Assembly: GCA_019873625.1 (NCBI GenBank) | Contig: JAIOAW010000007.1 | Location: forward strand, 13,596-77,595 | Direction: 5' to 3' | Source: Chloroflexota bacterium | GTDB taxonomy: Bacteria; Chloroflexota; Anaerolineae; UBA1429 | Length of the DNA stretch: 64,000 nucleotides | In this document: piece by piece, positions 9,585-19,226 of the stretch | Layout: each line of letters begins with the position of its first letter | Numbering within the stretch: the stretch's first letter is position 1 | Position numbers and translations under genes: made by a program | The notes under the pieces: model-generated | What the model was told of the DNA's origin: nothing | The model's database searches: none | Seen by the model: only the letters and a program-made list of their open reading frames with translations

Positions 9585-10505
9585 ATGAAGAAACCCTCTT
9601 CACAAACCCGCGTGGCGCGCTTGCCCTCTAGGCCGCTCGAGTTCGCCATCGAGAGCCTCATCCGCGTGTTGGGGTTCTCGGCCATCGGCTTTGTCACGCT
9701 CATCTTTATCTTTCTCTTGACGGAAGGGCTGCCCGCCTTCTTACAGGTGCGCCCGGGGAACCTCTTTAGCACGCGCTGGTACCCTACGTTTGACCTATAC
9801 GGCGTCTTGCCGCTCATCTCGGGGTCGGCGCTCGTTACCATCACGGCCATGCTCATCGCCTTCCCAATGGGCCTTTTTACGGCCGTGTTTGTGCGCGAGG
9901 TGGCGCCCAATTGGGCGCGCGAAGTGCTCAAACCGCTCATCGAGGTGCTAGCGGGTATCCCCTCGGTGGTGTTGGGCTTTTTCGGTATGACGATGCTCGC
10001 GCCCATCGTGCGCGAGGTGCTCGGCGCGCCCACGGGCCTCACCGCCCTCACGGGGGCCATCATCCTCGCCTATATGTCGCTGCCTACCATCATCAGCGTG
10101 GCGGAGGATGCCCTCGACGCCGTGCCCAAGAGTTACCGCGATGCCAGCCTGGCGATGGGCGCCACGCGCTGGCAGACCATTTGGCGGGTGGTGGTGCCCT
10201 CGGCCCGTTCGGGCATTTTGATGGCCTTGATGCTGGGCATGGGGCGTGCCATCGGCGAGACGATGGCCGTGATGATGGTAACGGGCAACGCGGCCCGTAT
10301 GCCGGAGGGTTTGCAGGCCATCCTCAAACCCGTCCGCACGATGACGGCCACCATCGCTGCTGAGATGGGCGAGGTGGCCCACGGCAGCACGCACTATCAC
10401 GTGCTCTTTGGCATTGGCCTCATCCTCTTTGCCATCACGTTCCTCATCAACCTGGCGGTGGCTTCGATGATGTTCCAGAAGCGGTCGCGTGGGGGGTTGC
10501 GATGA
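9585..10505 (+). CDS. pstC: Phosphate ABC permease
   Basis: IPSVVLG, RAIGETMAV; operon context. Confidence 0.93.
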   Translation: MKKPSSQTRVARLPSRPLEFAIESLIRVLGFSAIGFVTLIFIFLLTEGLPAFLQVRPGNLFSTRWYPTFDLYGVLPLISGSALVTITAMLIAFPMGLFTAVFVREVAPNWAREVLKPLIEVLAGIPSVVLGFFGMTMLAPIVREVLGAPTGLTALTGAIILAYMSLPTIISVAEDALDAVPKSYRDASLAMGATRWQTIWRVVVPSARSGILMALMLGMGRAIGETMAVMMVTGNAARMPEGLQAILKPVRTMTATIAAEMGEVAHGSTHYHVLFGIGLILFAITFLINLAVASMMFQKRSRGGLR

Positions 10506-11350
10506 CGCAGCGCCACCTCATCCAGAGGTTGGGGTTCATCTTCCTGGGGCTGGTGGGGTTCCTCGTCGTGGCGCCCATCTTGTTCGTCGTCGGGTCCATC
10601 ATCTGGCGGGGCGCCGGCGCCTTGACCTGGCGCTTTCTCATCGAGATGCCGCACAACGGGATGAAATCGGGCGGCATCCTGCCGGCCATCGTGGGCACGC
10701 TGGTGCTCACGGCGGGGGTGGCCATCGTCGCCATTCCCGTGGGGGTGGGGGCGGCGGTCTATCTTTCGGAATATGCCACCGATAACTGGTTCACGCGAGC
10801 CATTCGGCTGGCCATCGTGAACCTCTCCAGCATCCCCTCGGTGGTATATGGCCTCTTTGGGTTGGGGCTGTTCGTGCTCTTTTTGGGGTTTGGCACCTCT
10901 ATCCTGGCCGGTGCGCTCACCCTGGCCATTATGACGCTCCCCGTCATCATCAGCACCGCCGAGGAGGCCTTGCGCGCCGTGCCCGCCGAGTTCCGCACGG
11001 TGAGCGCCAGCCTAGGGGGCACTAAATGGCAGGGCATCCGTTACATCGTGCTGCCGCAGGCCCTGCCGGGCATCCTCACGGGGGTCATTTTGGGGCTGCT
11101 GCGCGCCGCCGGAGAGACGGCCCCTATCCTCTTTACAGTGGCGGCCTTCTATCTGCCGCGCCTGCCGCACTCCCCCTTTGATGAGACCATGGCCCTGCCT
11201 TACCATCTCTATGTCATCAGCACACAAGTGCCCGGTATGCCCGAAGGCGTGCAGAACGCCACCGCGTTGGTGCTTTTGGCGCTCGTGCTCACGATGAACC
11301 TCGTAGCCAGCATCATCCGCAGTTATTTTCGGCGAAGGCGAGAATGGTGA
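10502..11350 (+). CDS. pstA: Phosphate ABC permease
   Basis: IPSVVYGLFG, RAAGETAP. Confidence 0.93.
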   Translation: MTQRHLIQRLGFIFLGLVGFLVVAPILFVVGSIIWRGAGALTWRFLIEMPHNGMKSGGILPAIVGTLVLTAGVAIVAIPVGVGAAVYLSEYATDNWFTRAIRLAIVNLSSIPSVVYGLFGLGLFVLFLGFGTSILAGALTLAIMTLPVIISTAEEALRAVPAEFRTVSASLGGTKWQGIRYIVLPQALPGILTGVILGLLRAAGETAPILFTVAAFYLPRLPHSPFDETMALPYHLYVISTQVPGMPEGVQNATALVLLALVLTMNLVASIIRSYFRRRREW

Positions 11351-12102
11351 AGGCCCAAGTTCGCATCCAAGAGGTAACCTACCGCTACGGTTCGCGCGTG
11401 GTCCTGCGCAACGTGACCTTGGATATCCCCGCGAACCAGATCACCGTCTTTTTTGGGCCGGCTTCCTCGGGTAAGACGACCCTCTTGCGCCTCATCAATC
11501 GCCTGAATGACGATATCAGCGGCACTTCCCTCAGCGGCCATATTTACGTGGGAGACCAAGATATTTACGCCCCCGGCGTGGATGTGCCCAGCCTGCGCCG
11601 GCGGGTGGGGATGGTCTTTGCGCTCCCCTTGCCCTTGCCCGGCACCATCCGTGAGAACGTCCTTTATGGGCCAAAACTGGCGGGGATCCGTTCCCGCGCG
11701 CGGTTGGAAGAGATTCTCTACAAGAGCCTCTCTCAGGCCGCCCTGTGGGATGAGGTCAAAGACCGCCTCGATGACCGTGCCAGCGCCCTTTCGGGCGGCC
11801 AACAGCAGAGGCTGTGCATCGCGCGCAGCCTGGCCTTGGAGCCAGAAGTCCTCCTTCTCGATGAGCCGACCTCCGGCCTGGACCCCATCTCCACGGCCAA
11901 GGTCGAGCAGTCGCTCCTCGCGCTTAAAGAGCACTATACCATCATCATCGTGCCGCACAGCGTTCAGCAAGGGGCGCGCATTGCGGATTACGCTGCCTTT
12001 TTCCTGATGGGCGAACTCGTGGAACACGGCCCGGGCGTGCAGGTGTTCCAGAACGCACGAGACCGCCGCACTGAAGATTACGTCACCGGCCGCTTTGGCT
12101 AA
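11344..12102 (+). CDS. pstB: Phosphate ABC ATPase, copy 1 (divergent Walker A, Q-loop and H-loop)
   Basis: GPASSGKT, LSGGQQQR, LLDEPT, YVTGRFG end. Confidence 0.9.
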   Translation: MVKAQVRIQEVTYRYGSRVVLRNVTLDIPANQITVFFGPASSGKTTLLRLINRLNDDISGTSLSGHIYVGDQDIYAPGVDVPSLRRRVGMVFALPLPLPGTIRENVLYGPKLAGIRSRARLEEILYKSLSQAALWDEVKDRLDDRASALSGGQQQRLCIARSLALEPEVLLLDEPTSGLDPISTAKVEQSLLALKEHYTIIIVPHSVQQGARIADYAAFFLMGELVEHGPGVQVFQNARDRRTEDYVTGRFG

Positions 12103-12115
12103 AGGGTAAACCGGG

Positions 12116-12913
12116 ATGATGGAGAGGCGCAAGTCAACCCCAGGCACCAAAATCGCCGTCGAGCACCTGAACGTCCACTACGGCAAGAAACAGGTGCTCG
12201 CCGATATTTGCATCGAAATCAAAGAGCGGCAGATTACGGCGCTCATTGGCCCTTCTGGCTGCGGCAAGAGCACCTTTTTGCGCTCTCTCAACCGTATGAA
12301 TGACGCCGTGCCCGGCGCGCGCATCGAGGGGGAAGTGCGCCTCGATGGGGAGAATATCTACAACCCGCGTTTCGATGTGGTGCAACTGCGCCAACGCGTG
12401 GGGATGGTTTTTCAGCGGCCCAACCCCTTCCCGCAATCCATCTACGATAACGTGGCCTTCGGGCCGCGCATCTTGGGCATTCGCCGCCGTTCTAGGCTGG
12501 ATGAAATCGTCGAGCAGAGCCTGCGCGAGGTGAACCTCTGGGATGAGGTGAAAGAGACGTTCCGTAAGCAGAATGCCCTCACCCTCTCTTTGGGCCAGCA
12601 ACAGAGGCTGTGCATCGCCCGCACCATCGCCACGCGGCCCGAGGTTATTTTGATGGATGAACCGGCTTCCGCGCTCGACCCCATCGAGACGCTCCGCATC
12701 GAAGACCTGATGCGCGCCCTGGTACAGGAATACACGATCGTCATCGTCACCCATAATATGCAGCAGGCTGCCCGCGTCTCCGATTGGACAGCCTTTTTCC
12801 TTACCGATGACGGGCAAATCGGCAAACTCGTCGAATATGGGGAGACGGGGCGCGTATTCACCAACCCGCGCGATCAACGCACGGTAGATTACATCACAGG
12901 GCGCTTTGGCTAA
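12116..12913 (+). CDS. pstB: Phosphate ABC ATPase, copy 2 (LSLGQ signature)
   Basis: [33 protein letters not shown]. Confidence 0.93.
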   Translation: MMERRKSTPGTKIAVEHLNVHYGKKQVLADICIEIKERQITALIGPSGCGKSTFLRSLNRMNDAVPGARIEGEVRLDGENIYNPRFDVVQLRQRVGMVFQRPNPFPQSIYDNVAFGPRILGIRRRSRLDEIVEQSLREVNLWDEVKETFRKQNALTLSLGQQQRLCIARTIATRPEVILMDEPASALDPIETLRIEDLMRALVQEYTIVIVTHNMQQAARVSDWTAFFLTDDGQIGKLVEYGETGRVFTNPRDQRTVDYITGRFG

Positions 12914-12932
12914 CGCCCAAAGGAAGGGCATT

Positions 12933-13610
12933 ATGTTGCGAGTACGCCTTCAAGAAGAATTGGCTCGGGTCGAACGGGATGTGTTGGCCCTGGGCGCGAT
13001 GGTGGAGGAGGCCATCAAGGCCTCGGTAGATGCCCTGGTGCGCCGCGACCGCGAGGCCGCCCAGCGCATCATTGATGACGATCGCCTCATCAACGAACGG
13101 CGCTTTGCCATCGAGTCGGATATCCTGGTGCTCATCGCGACGCAACAGCCCATTGCGCGCGACTTGCGGCTCCTGGCCGCTATGTTGGAGATCATCACAG
13201 AATTGGAGCGCTCGGGCGACTATGCCAAGGGGATTTCTCGGGTGAACCTCTATCTTGGAGATGCCCCGCTCATCAAACCGCTCATTGATATCCCCCTGAT
13301 GGCGCAAAAGGCCACCGATATGCTTCACCGGGCCTTGAAAGCCTTTGCCGAGCGCGATGTGGAGGCGGCGCGCGCCATCCCCCGCGAGGATGACGAGGTG
13401 GACGCGCTTTACAATCGCGTGAACGAGGAACTGCTGCGCTTGGTCATCGCCGATATCAAGAACCTCGAGCAGGCCAACTATCTCCTATGGGCCGCGCACA
13501 ACTTGGAACGCGCCGCCGACCGTGTAACGAATATCTGCGAGCGGGTGGTGTTCACCGTCACCGGCGAGATGAGCGAACTCGACACCCACTTTGACGCGGG
13601 CATAGACTAG
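12933..13610 (+). CDS. phoU: Phosphate signalling protein PhoU
   Basis: ATQQPIARDLR, ELERSGDYA, LERAADRVTNI. Confidence 0.93.
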   Translation: MLRVRLQEELARVERDVLALGAMVEEAIKASVDALVRRDREAAQRIIDDDRLINERRFAIESDILVLIATQQPIARDLRLLAAMLEIITELERSGDYAKGISRVNLYLGDAPLIKPLIDIPLMAQKATDMLHRALKAFAERDVEAARAIPREDDEVDALYNRVNEELLRLVIADIKNLEQANYLLWAAHNLERAADRVTNICERVVFTVTGEMSELDTHFDAGID

Positions 13611-13622
13611 CCCGCTCCGGCG

Positions 13623-14933
13623 ATGCGGAATATCCGTCTCCTCAGCCGGTTAGGGCGTGCCCAGGATGAGGGCCGCGCGAAGGCGCCCCGGGCCAGGCGC
13701 TGGTATGATGACCTCGCCTTGAATGCCTACTTTTTCGGTCTCTCGTTTATGTGGAACGCCCTTCACCCCATCCTCCTGCCGCTCGTCCTCCTGGCCTTTG
13801 GCGAAGAGACCAAGAACACCCTCTATGGCCTCCTCACCTTCGCGGGGTTGATCGTGGCCCTGGTAACGCAACCCCTTAGCGGCGCCCTAAGCGATTACAC
13901 GCGCTCGCCCTTGGGCCGGCGGCGCCCGTGGATCCTCTTGGGGACGATGCTGAACGCCCTTTGGCTCGTGGCCATCGCCGTGGCGCGCCGGTGGTGGCTG
14001 GTGGCCGCGGCCTACCTCCTCCTCCAGTTTACCTCGAATGTGGCCCACGGCCCGGCCCAAGGGCTGATCCCCGACCTCGTGCCCCCAGGGCGCCGCGGCA
14101 TCGCCGCCGGGTTCAAGAACCTTTTGGAGATGTTCGCCATCGTGGCCTCGGCCCTGGCGATGGGGCGCCTTGCCCACCGGCCCCTGGCAGCGGTCGGGGC
14201 CATCTTGGCCATCCTATGGGGGATGATGGCCCTCACCTGCGGCCTCAGCCGCGAGCCATCTACCGCCGAAGGGGAGCGCCTCGGCCTCCAGGCCCTAGGC
14301 CAAACGGCGCGGCAGGTGTTCCGCGTGGATTTTCGGCTGTATCCCACTTACGGCCGGTTGCTCCTGGCGCGGTTCTTTATCCTCTTGGGGAGTTATTCCG
14401 TCCAATCCTTCGCCCTTTACTACTTTCGAGATGTGCTCGAACTCGCCGCCCCCGCTCGGGCGATGAGCGATATGATGGCCGTCGTCGGGCTGAGCGTCAT
14501 CGTCGTGGTGTACCCAGCGGGCGTCCTTTCGGAGCGGTGGGGCCGCAAACCCCTGAGCGCCGCGGCCTGCGCCCTGAGCGCCCTAGGGCTTACGTTCCTC
14601 GTGCTCAATCGAGATCCACGCTGGCTCCCCGCCTTGGCGGGGTGCATCGGCGCGGGCATTGGCATCTTTTCCTGCGTGAATTGGGCCTGGGCTACCGACC
14701 TCGTGCCCTCGGCGGAGGCGGGCAAATACCTCGGCCTTTCGAACTTGGCCACGGCCGGCTCGGCGGCGGTGGCCCGCCTCTTGGGGCCGGCGATTGACGG
14801 CGTGAACCGCATTTCCCCCAAGGCCGGGTACTCGCTCGTGTTCATTTTGGCGGCGGTGAGCGCCGTGGTCGGCCTTATCCTCATCCTGCGTATGCCGGCC
14901 GGGCGAAAGCCCGCCCCAGCCCCATTGCCATAG
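13623..14933 (+). CDS. MFS transporter
   Basis: SDYTRSPLGRRRPW and LSERWGRK motif-A loops; about 12 TM helices; start uncertain. Confidence 0.85.
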   Translation: MRNIRLLSRLGRAQDEGRAKAPRARRWYDDLALNAYFFGLSFMWNALHPILLPLVLLAFGEETKNTLYGLLTFAGLIVALVTQPLSGALSDYTRSPLGRRRPWILLGTMLNALWLVAIAVARRWWLVAAAYLLLQFTSNVAHGPAQGLIPDLVPPGRRGIAAGFKNLLEMFAIVASALAMGRLAHRPLAAVGAILAILWGMMALTCGLSREPSTAEGERLGLQALGQTARQVFRVDFRLYPTYGRLLLARFFILLGSYSVQSFALYYFRDVLELAAPARAMSDMMAVVGLSVIVVVYPAGVLSERWGRKPLSAAACALSALGLTFLVLNRDPRWLPALAGCIGAGIGIFSCVNWAWATDLVPSAEAGKYLGLSNLATAGSAAVARLLGPAIDGVNRISPKAGYSLVFILAAVSAVVGLILILRMPAGRKPAPAPLP

Positions 14934-15002
14934 GCATTGCCAGGCTGGTTCGTTCCTTCTACAATCCGTTCGGTTCACCCTACCTTCCAGGAGGCAGATT
15001 CT

Positions 15003-16691
15003 ATGTCTTCTCGCTCCTTGCCTCGCCCGCAAAGCGCCGCGATGACCGAAGGCCTCACGCGCGCCACCCATCGCGCCCTCTTGTATGCGATGGGGCTTAG
15101 CCGTGAGGATTTGCGCAAACCCCTCGTGGGCATCGTTAACTCGTTCAACGAGTTGGTGCCAGGGCATATCCACCTCCAGCCCCTGTGCCAGGCCGCCAAA
15201 CTGGGCGTGGCCGAGGCGGGCGGCACGCCTCTCGAGTTCCCCGCCATCGCCATCTGCGATGGCCTCTGCACCGGCCTCGAGGGGATGAAGATGCCGATGA
15301 TCAGCCGCGAACTCATCGCCGATTCCATCGAGGTGATGGCCAAGGCCCACGCGCTGGATGCGCTCGTCCTCCTGACGAACTGCGACAAGGTGACCCCCGC
15401 TATGCTTATGGCCGCGGCGCGGTTGAATATCCCCGCCGTGCTCGTTTCCGGCGGCCCTATGGAAACGGGCTGTATGGAGGGGCAGCCGGCTTGTTACGTG
15501 GACCTGATCCAATCGGAGGCGCTCGTGGCGCGCGGCGAGATGACGCCGGAGGCGCTGGAGGCCTTTGAGCACACGGCCACGCCAGGCCCTGGCTCCTGCA
15601 ATATGCTCGGCACGGCGAACACGATGAACATCCTGGCCGAGGCCCTGGGGATGGCCCCGCCCGATAACGGCCTCATCCCGGCCACGTTCGGGGCGCGGCT
15701 GGCTTTGGCTCGCCACGCGGGGCGGTTGGTGATCCAACTGCTCGAAAAGGGCATCCTCCCGCGCCACATCCTCACGCCGGAGGCCTTTGAAAATGCCCTC
15801 GCCGTGGATATGGCCATCGGAGGCTCCACGAACACGGCGCTGCACTTGCCGGCCATCGCCCACGCCGCCGGCTTGGCTTTGGACCTCGAGGCCTTCGAGA
15901 AGGCCTCGGCGCGCACGCCGCACCTCGTCCATATGAAGCCTTCCGGCCCATACTTCCCCCGAGACGTGTATGACGCCGGCGGCATCCCCGCCCTGATGAA
16001 CGAACTGGCCCGCCACGGCCTTATCCACGGCGAATGCCTCACCGTAACGGGCCGCACCATCGGCGAGAACATCGCCGGCCGGGCCATCCGCCGCAAAGAG
16101 GTCATCCATCCTGTGGAATCGCCGGTGCGCCCCAGCGGCGGTTTGGCTATCCTTTACGGCAGCCTCGCGCCGGAGGGGGCCATCGTCAAGAGCAGCGCCG
16201 TGGCCGAAGAGATGCTCGTGCATCGCGGCCCGGCGCGCGTGTTCGACCGCGAAGAACCGGCGCTTGAGGCCATCCTGGCGGGGCAAATTCGCCCGGGAGA
16301 CGTCGTCGTCATCCGCTACGAAGGCCCGAAGGGCGGCCCCGGTATGCGCGAGATGCTGATGCCCACCTCAGCCCTCATCGGGATGGGCTTGGGGCGTTCT
16401 GTGGCGCTCGTGACGGATGGGCGCTTTTCGGGCGCGACCCAGGGCGCCTGCGTGGGGCACGTCACGCCGGAGGCCTACCTCGGCGGCCCCATTGCCCTCG
16501 TCCACGAGGGGGATTTGATCGCCATAGACATCCCCGCGGGCCGTATAGACCTCGCGGTGAGCGCCGAGGAACTCGCTCGCCGCCGCGCCGCATGGCGCCT
16601 GCCCGAAAACACGCGCCTGGAGCCAGGCTCGCTCCTCGATCGGTACCGCCGCAGCGTGGCCCCGGCCACGCGGGGGTGCATCTTGGAATAG
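15003..16691 (+). CDS. ilvD: Dihydroxy-acid dehydratase (IlvD/Edd family)
   Basis: ICDG, NCDK, GTANTM, GGSTN, GPKGGPGM, TDGRFSG. Confidence 0.88.
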   Translation: MSSRSLPRPQSAAMTEGLTRATHRALLYAMGLSREDLRKPLVGIVNSFNELVPGHIHLQPLCQAAKLGVAEAGGTPLEFPAIAICDGLCTGLEGMKMPMISRELIADSIEVMAKAHALDALVLLTNCDKVTPAMLMAAARLNIPAVLVSGGPMETGCMEGQPACYVDLIQSEALVARGEMTPEALEAFEHTATPGPGSCNMLGTANTMNILAEALGMAPPDNGLIPATFGARLALARHAGRLVIQLLEKGILPRHILTPEAFENALAVDMAIGGSTNTALHLPAIAHAAGLALDLEAFEKASARTPHLVHMKPSGPYFPRDVYDAGGIPALMNELARHGLIHGECLTVTGRTIGENIAGRAIRRKEVIHPVESPVRPSGGLAILYGSLAPEGAIVKSSAVAEEMLVHRGPARVFDREEPALEAILAGQIRPGDVVVIRYEGPKGGPGMREMLMPTSALIGMGLGRSVALVTDGRFSGATQGACVGHVTPEAYLGGPIALVHEGDLIAIDIPAGRIDLAVSAEELARRRAAWRLPENTRLEPGSLLDRYRRSVAPATRGCILE

Positions 16692-16703
16692 GAGGGGGGT
16701 ACG

Positions 16704-17762
16704 ATGCTCTTGATAGATGGCCACTTGGATTTGGCGATGAACGCCCTGAATTGGGATCGCAACCTCGCCCTCGACGTGTACGCCATCCGCCAGGCTGAAG
16801 CCGGGATGACGGAAAAAGGTCGGGGCCGGGGCACGGTGTCGCTCCCGGAATTGCGCAAGGCGGAGGTGGCCCTCTGTTTTGCCACCGTCATTGACCGCAC
16901 GCGCCACGCGGGGAGCACCTCCACCGGCTCGGCCTGCCAGGAAATCTCTTACGCCAAGGCCCAAGGGCAGTTGGCCTACTATCGCGTTCTCGAGGCCGAG
17001 GGCAAACTCAAGATCATTACGGATTGGCCCGCCCTACAAGCGCACCTCGCGGCTTGGCCGCGAGAGGCGGAGGCCCCCTTGGGCATCGTCCTCAGTATGG
17101 AAGGGGCTGACCCCATCGTTTGGCCGGAACAGGTGCGCGCCTGGTGGGACGATGGCCTGCGCGTGGTGAGCCTTTCTCACTATGGGCGGAGCGCCTACGC
17201 CTACGGCCACGATATGGAAGGCGGCCTCACTGAGGCGGGGCGCGCGCTTTTGCGCGAGATGGAGGCGGTGGGGATGATCCTCGACCTCAGCCACCTGGCT
17301 GAAAGGGCCTTTTGGGAGGCCCTGGAGCGTTTTCAGGGGCCTGTGCTGGCGAGCCACAACAACTGCCGCGCCTTGGTGCCGGGGAACCGCCAATTCACCG
17401 ACGAGCAAATCCGCGCCCTCATCGGGCGGCAAGGGGTCATCGGGGTGGCGCTCGACGCCTGGATGCTTTACCCCGGCTGGGTGCGGGGCGAGACCTCTCC
17501 CTGCGTGGTGAGCCTCGAGGCCGTGGCCGATCACATTGACCACATCTGCCAACTCGCCGGGGATGCGCATCACGCGGCCATCGGCAGCGACCTCGATGGC
17601 GGCTATGGCACCGAGCAAACCCCGCACGATCTCGACACCATCGCCGATCTGCAAAAGGTAGCCGGCCTCCTCGAAAGGCGCGGCTACCGCCAAGAGGAGA
17701 TCGCGCGTATCTTTCACGGCAACTGGCTCGCCCTCCTGCAGCGCGCCTGGGCGGGCGGATGA
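16704..17762 (+). CDS. Membrane (renal) dipeptidase, peptidase M19
   Basis: DGHLD, SMEGAD, DLSH, ASHNN, IGSDLDG. Confidence 0.9.
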   Translation: MLLIDGHLDLAMNALNWDRNLALDVYAIRQAEAGMTEKGRGRGTVSLPELRKAEVALCFATVIDRTRHAGSTSTGSACQEISYAKAQGQLAYYRVLEAEGKLKIITDWPALQAHLAAWPREAEAPLGIVLSMEGADPIVWPEQVRAWWDDGLRVVSLSHYGRSAYAYGHDMEGGLTEAGRALLREMEAVGMILDLSHLAERAFWEALERFQGPVLASHNNCRALVPGNRQFTDEQIRALIGRQGVIGVALDAWMLYPGWVRGETSPCVVSLEAVADHIDHICQLAGDAHHAAIGSDLDGGYGTEQTPHDLDTIADLQKVAGLLERRGYRQEEIARIFHGNWLALLQRAWAGG

Positions 17763-17777
17763 GATCATCCTCCCCAA

Positions 17778-17810
17778 ACCTCCCGCAGGCGCTGGAGCCT
17801 GTGGGAGGGG
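17778..17810. repeat. REP-like palindrome, copy 1
   Basis: ACCTCCCGCAGG-N-CCTGTGGGAGG. Confidence 0.6.
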
Positions 17811-17887
17811 CTGAAGCGGAGATTGGCCTTCTTGCGCGGGGTTCCCCTTTTCCGCTTTCGAATTGTGGCCACGATGTTTGGGGAATC

Positions 17888-17922
17888 AAAAAAAGGCGCC
17901 AGAGAGGATCTGGCGCCTTTTT
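17888..17922. terminator. Bidirectional Rho-independent terminator
   Basis: AAAAAGGCGCCAGA/TCTGGCGCCTTTTT between the convergent dipeptidase and tRNA-Arg. Confidence 0.85.
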
Positions 17923-17928
17923 GACCAG

Positions 17929-18001
17929 CGCCCCAAGGAGGACTCGAACCTCCGGCCCACTGCTTAGAAGGCAGTTGCTCTATCCGCTGAGCTATTGGGG
18001 C
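17929..18001 (-). tRNA. tRNA-Arg(TCT); CCA not encoded
   Basis: GCCCCAATAGCTCAG...CTTCTAA...GGTTCGAGTCC...TTGGGGCG cloverleaf; TTGACA-16-TATAAT upstream (18038-18011). Confidence 0.95.
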
Positions 18002-18064
18002 TTATTTCTAATTATAAAATAGGGAGGGGGCCTGTCAAAGGGGGCTGAGGGGTTGCGCGCTCTG

Positions 18065-18097
18065 ACCCTGCCGCGGGCTTGAGGGTTGCGGGAGGGT
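18065..18097. repeat. REP-like palindrome, degenerate copy 2
   Basis: ACCCTGCCGCGG-N-TTGCGGGAGGGT. Confidence 0.45.
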
Positions 18098-18123
18098 GAA
18101 AAGCCTTATCTCATCGGCCAGCC

Positions 18124-19008
18124 TCACCGAAAGAAGGCAAATGCCCCCAATTTGCCCACGATGAGCACCACGGCGGCAAGCACCACGAAGCAAAAATAGC
18201 GCCGCAGGCGCGCGCCGCCTGTGCGGTTGCATACATTGACCCCCACTTGCAGGCCGAGCGACCCGCCCACCAAGAGCGGCACGGCAAGCAGGAGGTCCGT
18301 GTTGCCGGCCAGGCTGTGCGTGATGGTGGCCACGAACGAGGTGAGCCAGACGATGACCAAACTCGTGGCGGCGGCGCAATGCGTGCGCATACCCACGAGA
18401 TAGACGAGGGCCGGAAGGAGGATGACCCCGCCGCCGATGCCCAATAGGCCCGTCAAGAAGCCCAGCGCCAGCCCAAAGTAGGAAAGGACGGGTATGGAAA
18501 GGGGCGTTCCTCCCACGGAGGCCAAGTGTGTATAGGGCGGCAAACGCACCCGAGCAAAGAGGCCCTGTGGGGGTTCCTCGGTGTGCGAACGGGAGGTATC
18601 CAGGAACATCCACACGGCGATGCCGATGAGGAGCACGGCAAAGATGAGGAGCGTATAGACCTCGCCGGCCGGCGCCCGCCGGCTGCCCAGAGAGATGCTC
18701 TCTAGGCCGTTCAGCCAGCCAAGTGTGCGCGCGCCCAAGCGCACCCCGACATAGTTCCCCCCAAAGAGGATGAGGGCCATCTTGTAGTCAATCAACCCTT
18801 CACCGCGTCGCCGGTAGATGCCCGCCGTGGAGACGCCCAAAATCTGCACGACCCCCGTGCCCACGGCGATGGAGATGGGCACGCCCAAGAGGACATTGAG
18901 AAGCGGCGTGATGAGGAACCCACCCCCTACGCCGAACATCCCCGTGAGGACGCCGATGCTCGCGCCGATGGCCAAGGCCCCGAGGTAAACGCCGATGGGG
19001 AAAATCAT
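18124..19008 (-). CDS. TauE/SafE sulfite-exporter family membrane protein
   Basis: Duplicated GMFGVGGGFLITP / GLLGIGGGVILLP motifs. Confidence 0.88.
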   Translation of the reverse strand: MIFPIGVYLGALAIGASIGVLTGMFGVGGGFLITPLLNVLLGVPISIAVGTGVVQILGVSTAGIYRRRGEGLIDYKMALILFGGNYVGVRLGARTLGWLNGLESISLGSRRAPAGEVYTLLIFAVLLIGIAVWMFLDTSRSHTEEPPQGLFARVRLPPYTHLASVGGTPLSIPVLSYFGLALGFLTGLLGIGGGVILLPALVYLVGMRTHCAAATSLVIVWLTSFVATITHSLAGNTDLLLAVPLLVGGSLGLQVGVNVCNRTGGARLRRYFCFVVLAAVVLIVGKLGAFAFFR

Positions 19009-19172
19009 CCCTTGCGGCCTCCTTCGGGTAGGTCGCAGGCCTTGCGCCGGTTGGCGCGTTCACGCAGCCGGTCGAAGAACCAGGCGCTGAGCAACCCCCA
19101 GCCGATGGGCACCAAGAGCGCCAAAAGGACGTTCCCGAGCGGCGACTGAAAGAAGGCTAAAAGGGTGGGCAT
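19005..19172 (-). CDS. 55-aa single-TM small protein (not in ORF track)
   Basis: AGGAG RBS; MPTLLAFFQSPLGNVLLALLVPIGWGLLSAWFFDRLRERANRRKACDLPEGGRKG; stop overlaps the tauE ATG (ATGA). Confidence 0.7.
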   Translation of the reverse strand: MPTLLAFFQSPLGNVLLALLVPIGWGLLSAWFFDRLRERANRRKACDLPEGGRKG

Positions 19173-19226
19173 CACCGAATGGCTCCTACAATGTATTTTC
19201 CTGCGAATCGAATGCGGGATGCCGAT

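Noticed and set aside
14583..16286. Long antisense ORFs (also 23045-24415, 38668-40341, 42440-44086 and others)
   Set aside because: Shadow ORFs opposite well-supported genes, expected from GC-rich codon bias; no motifs
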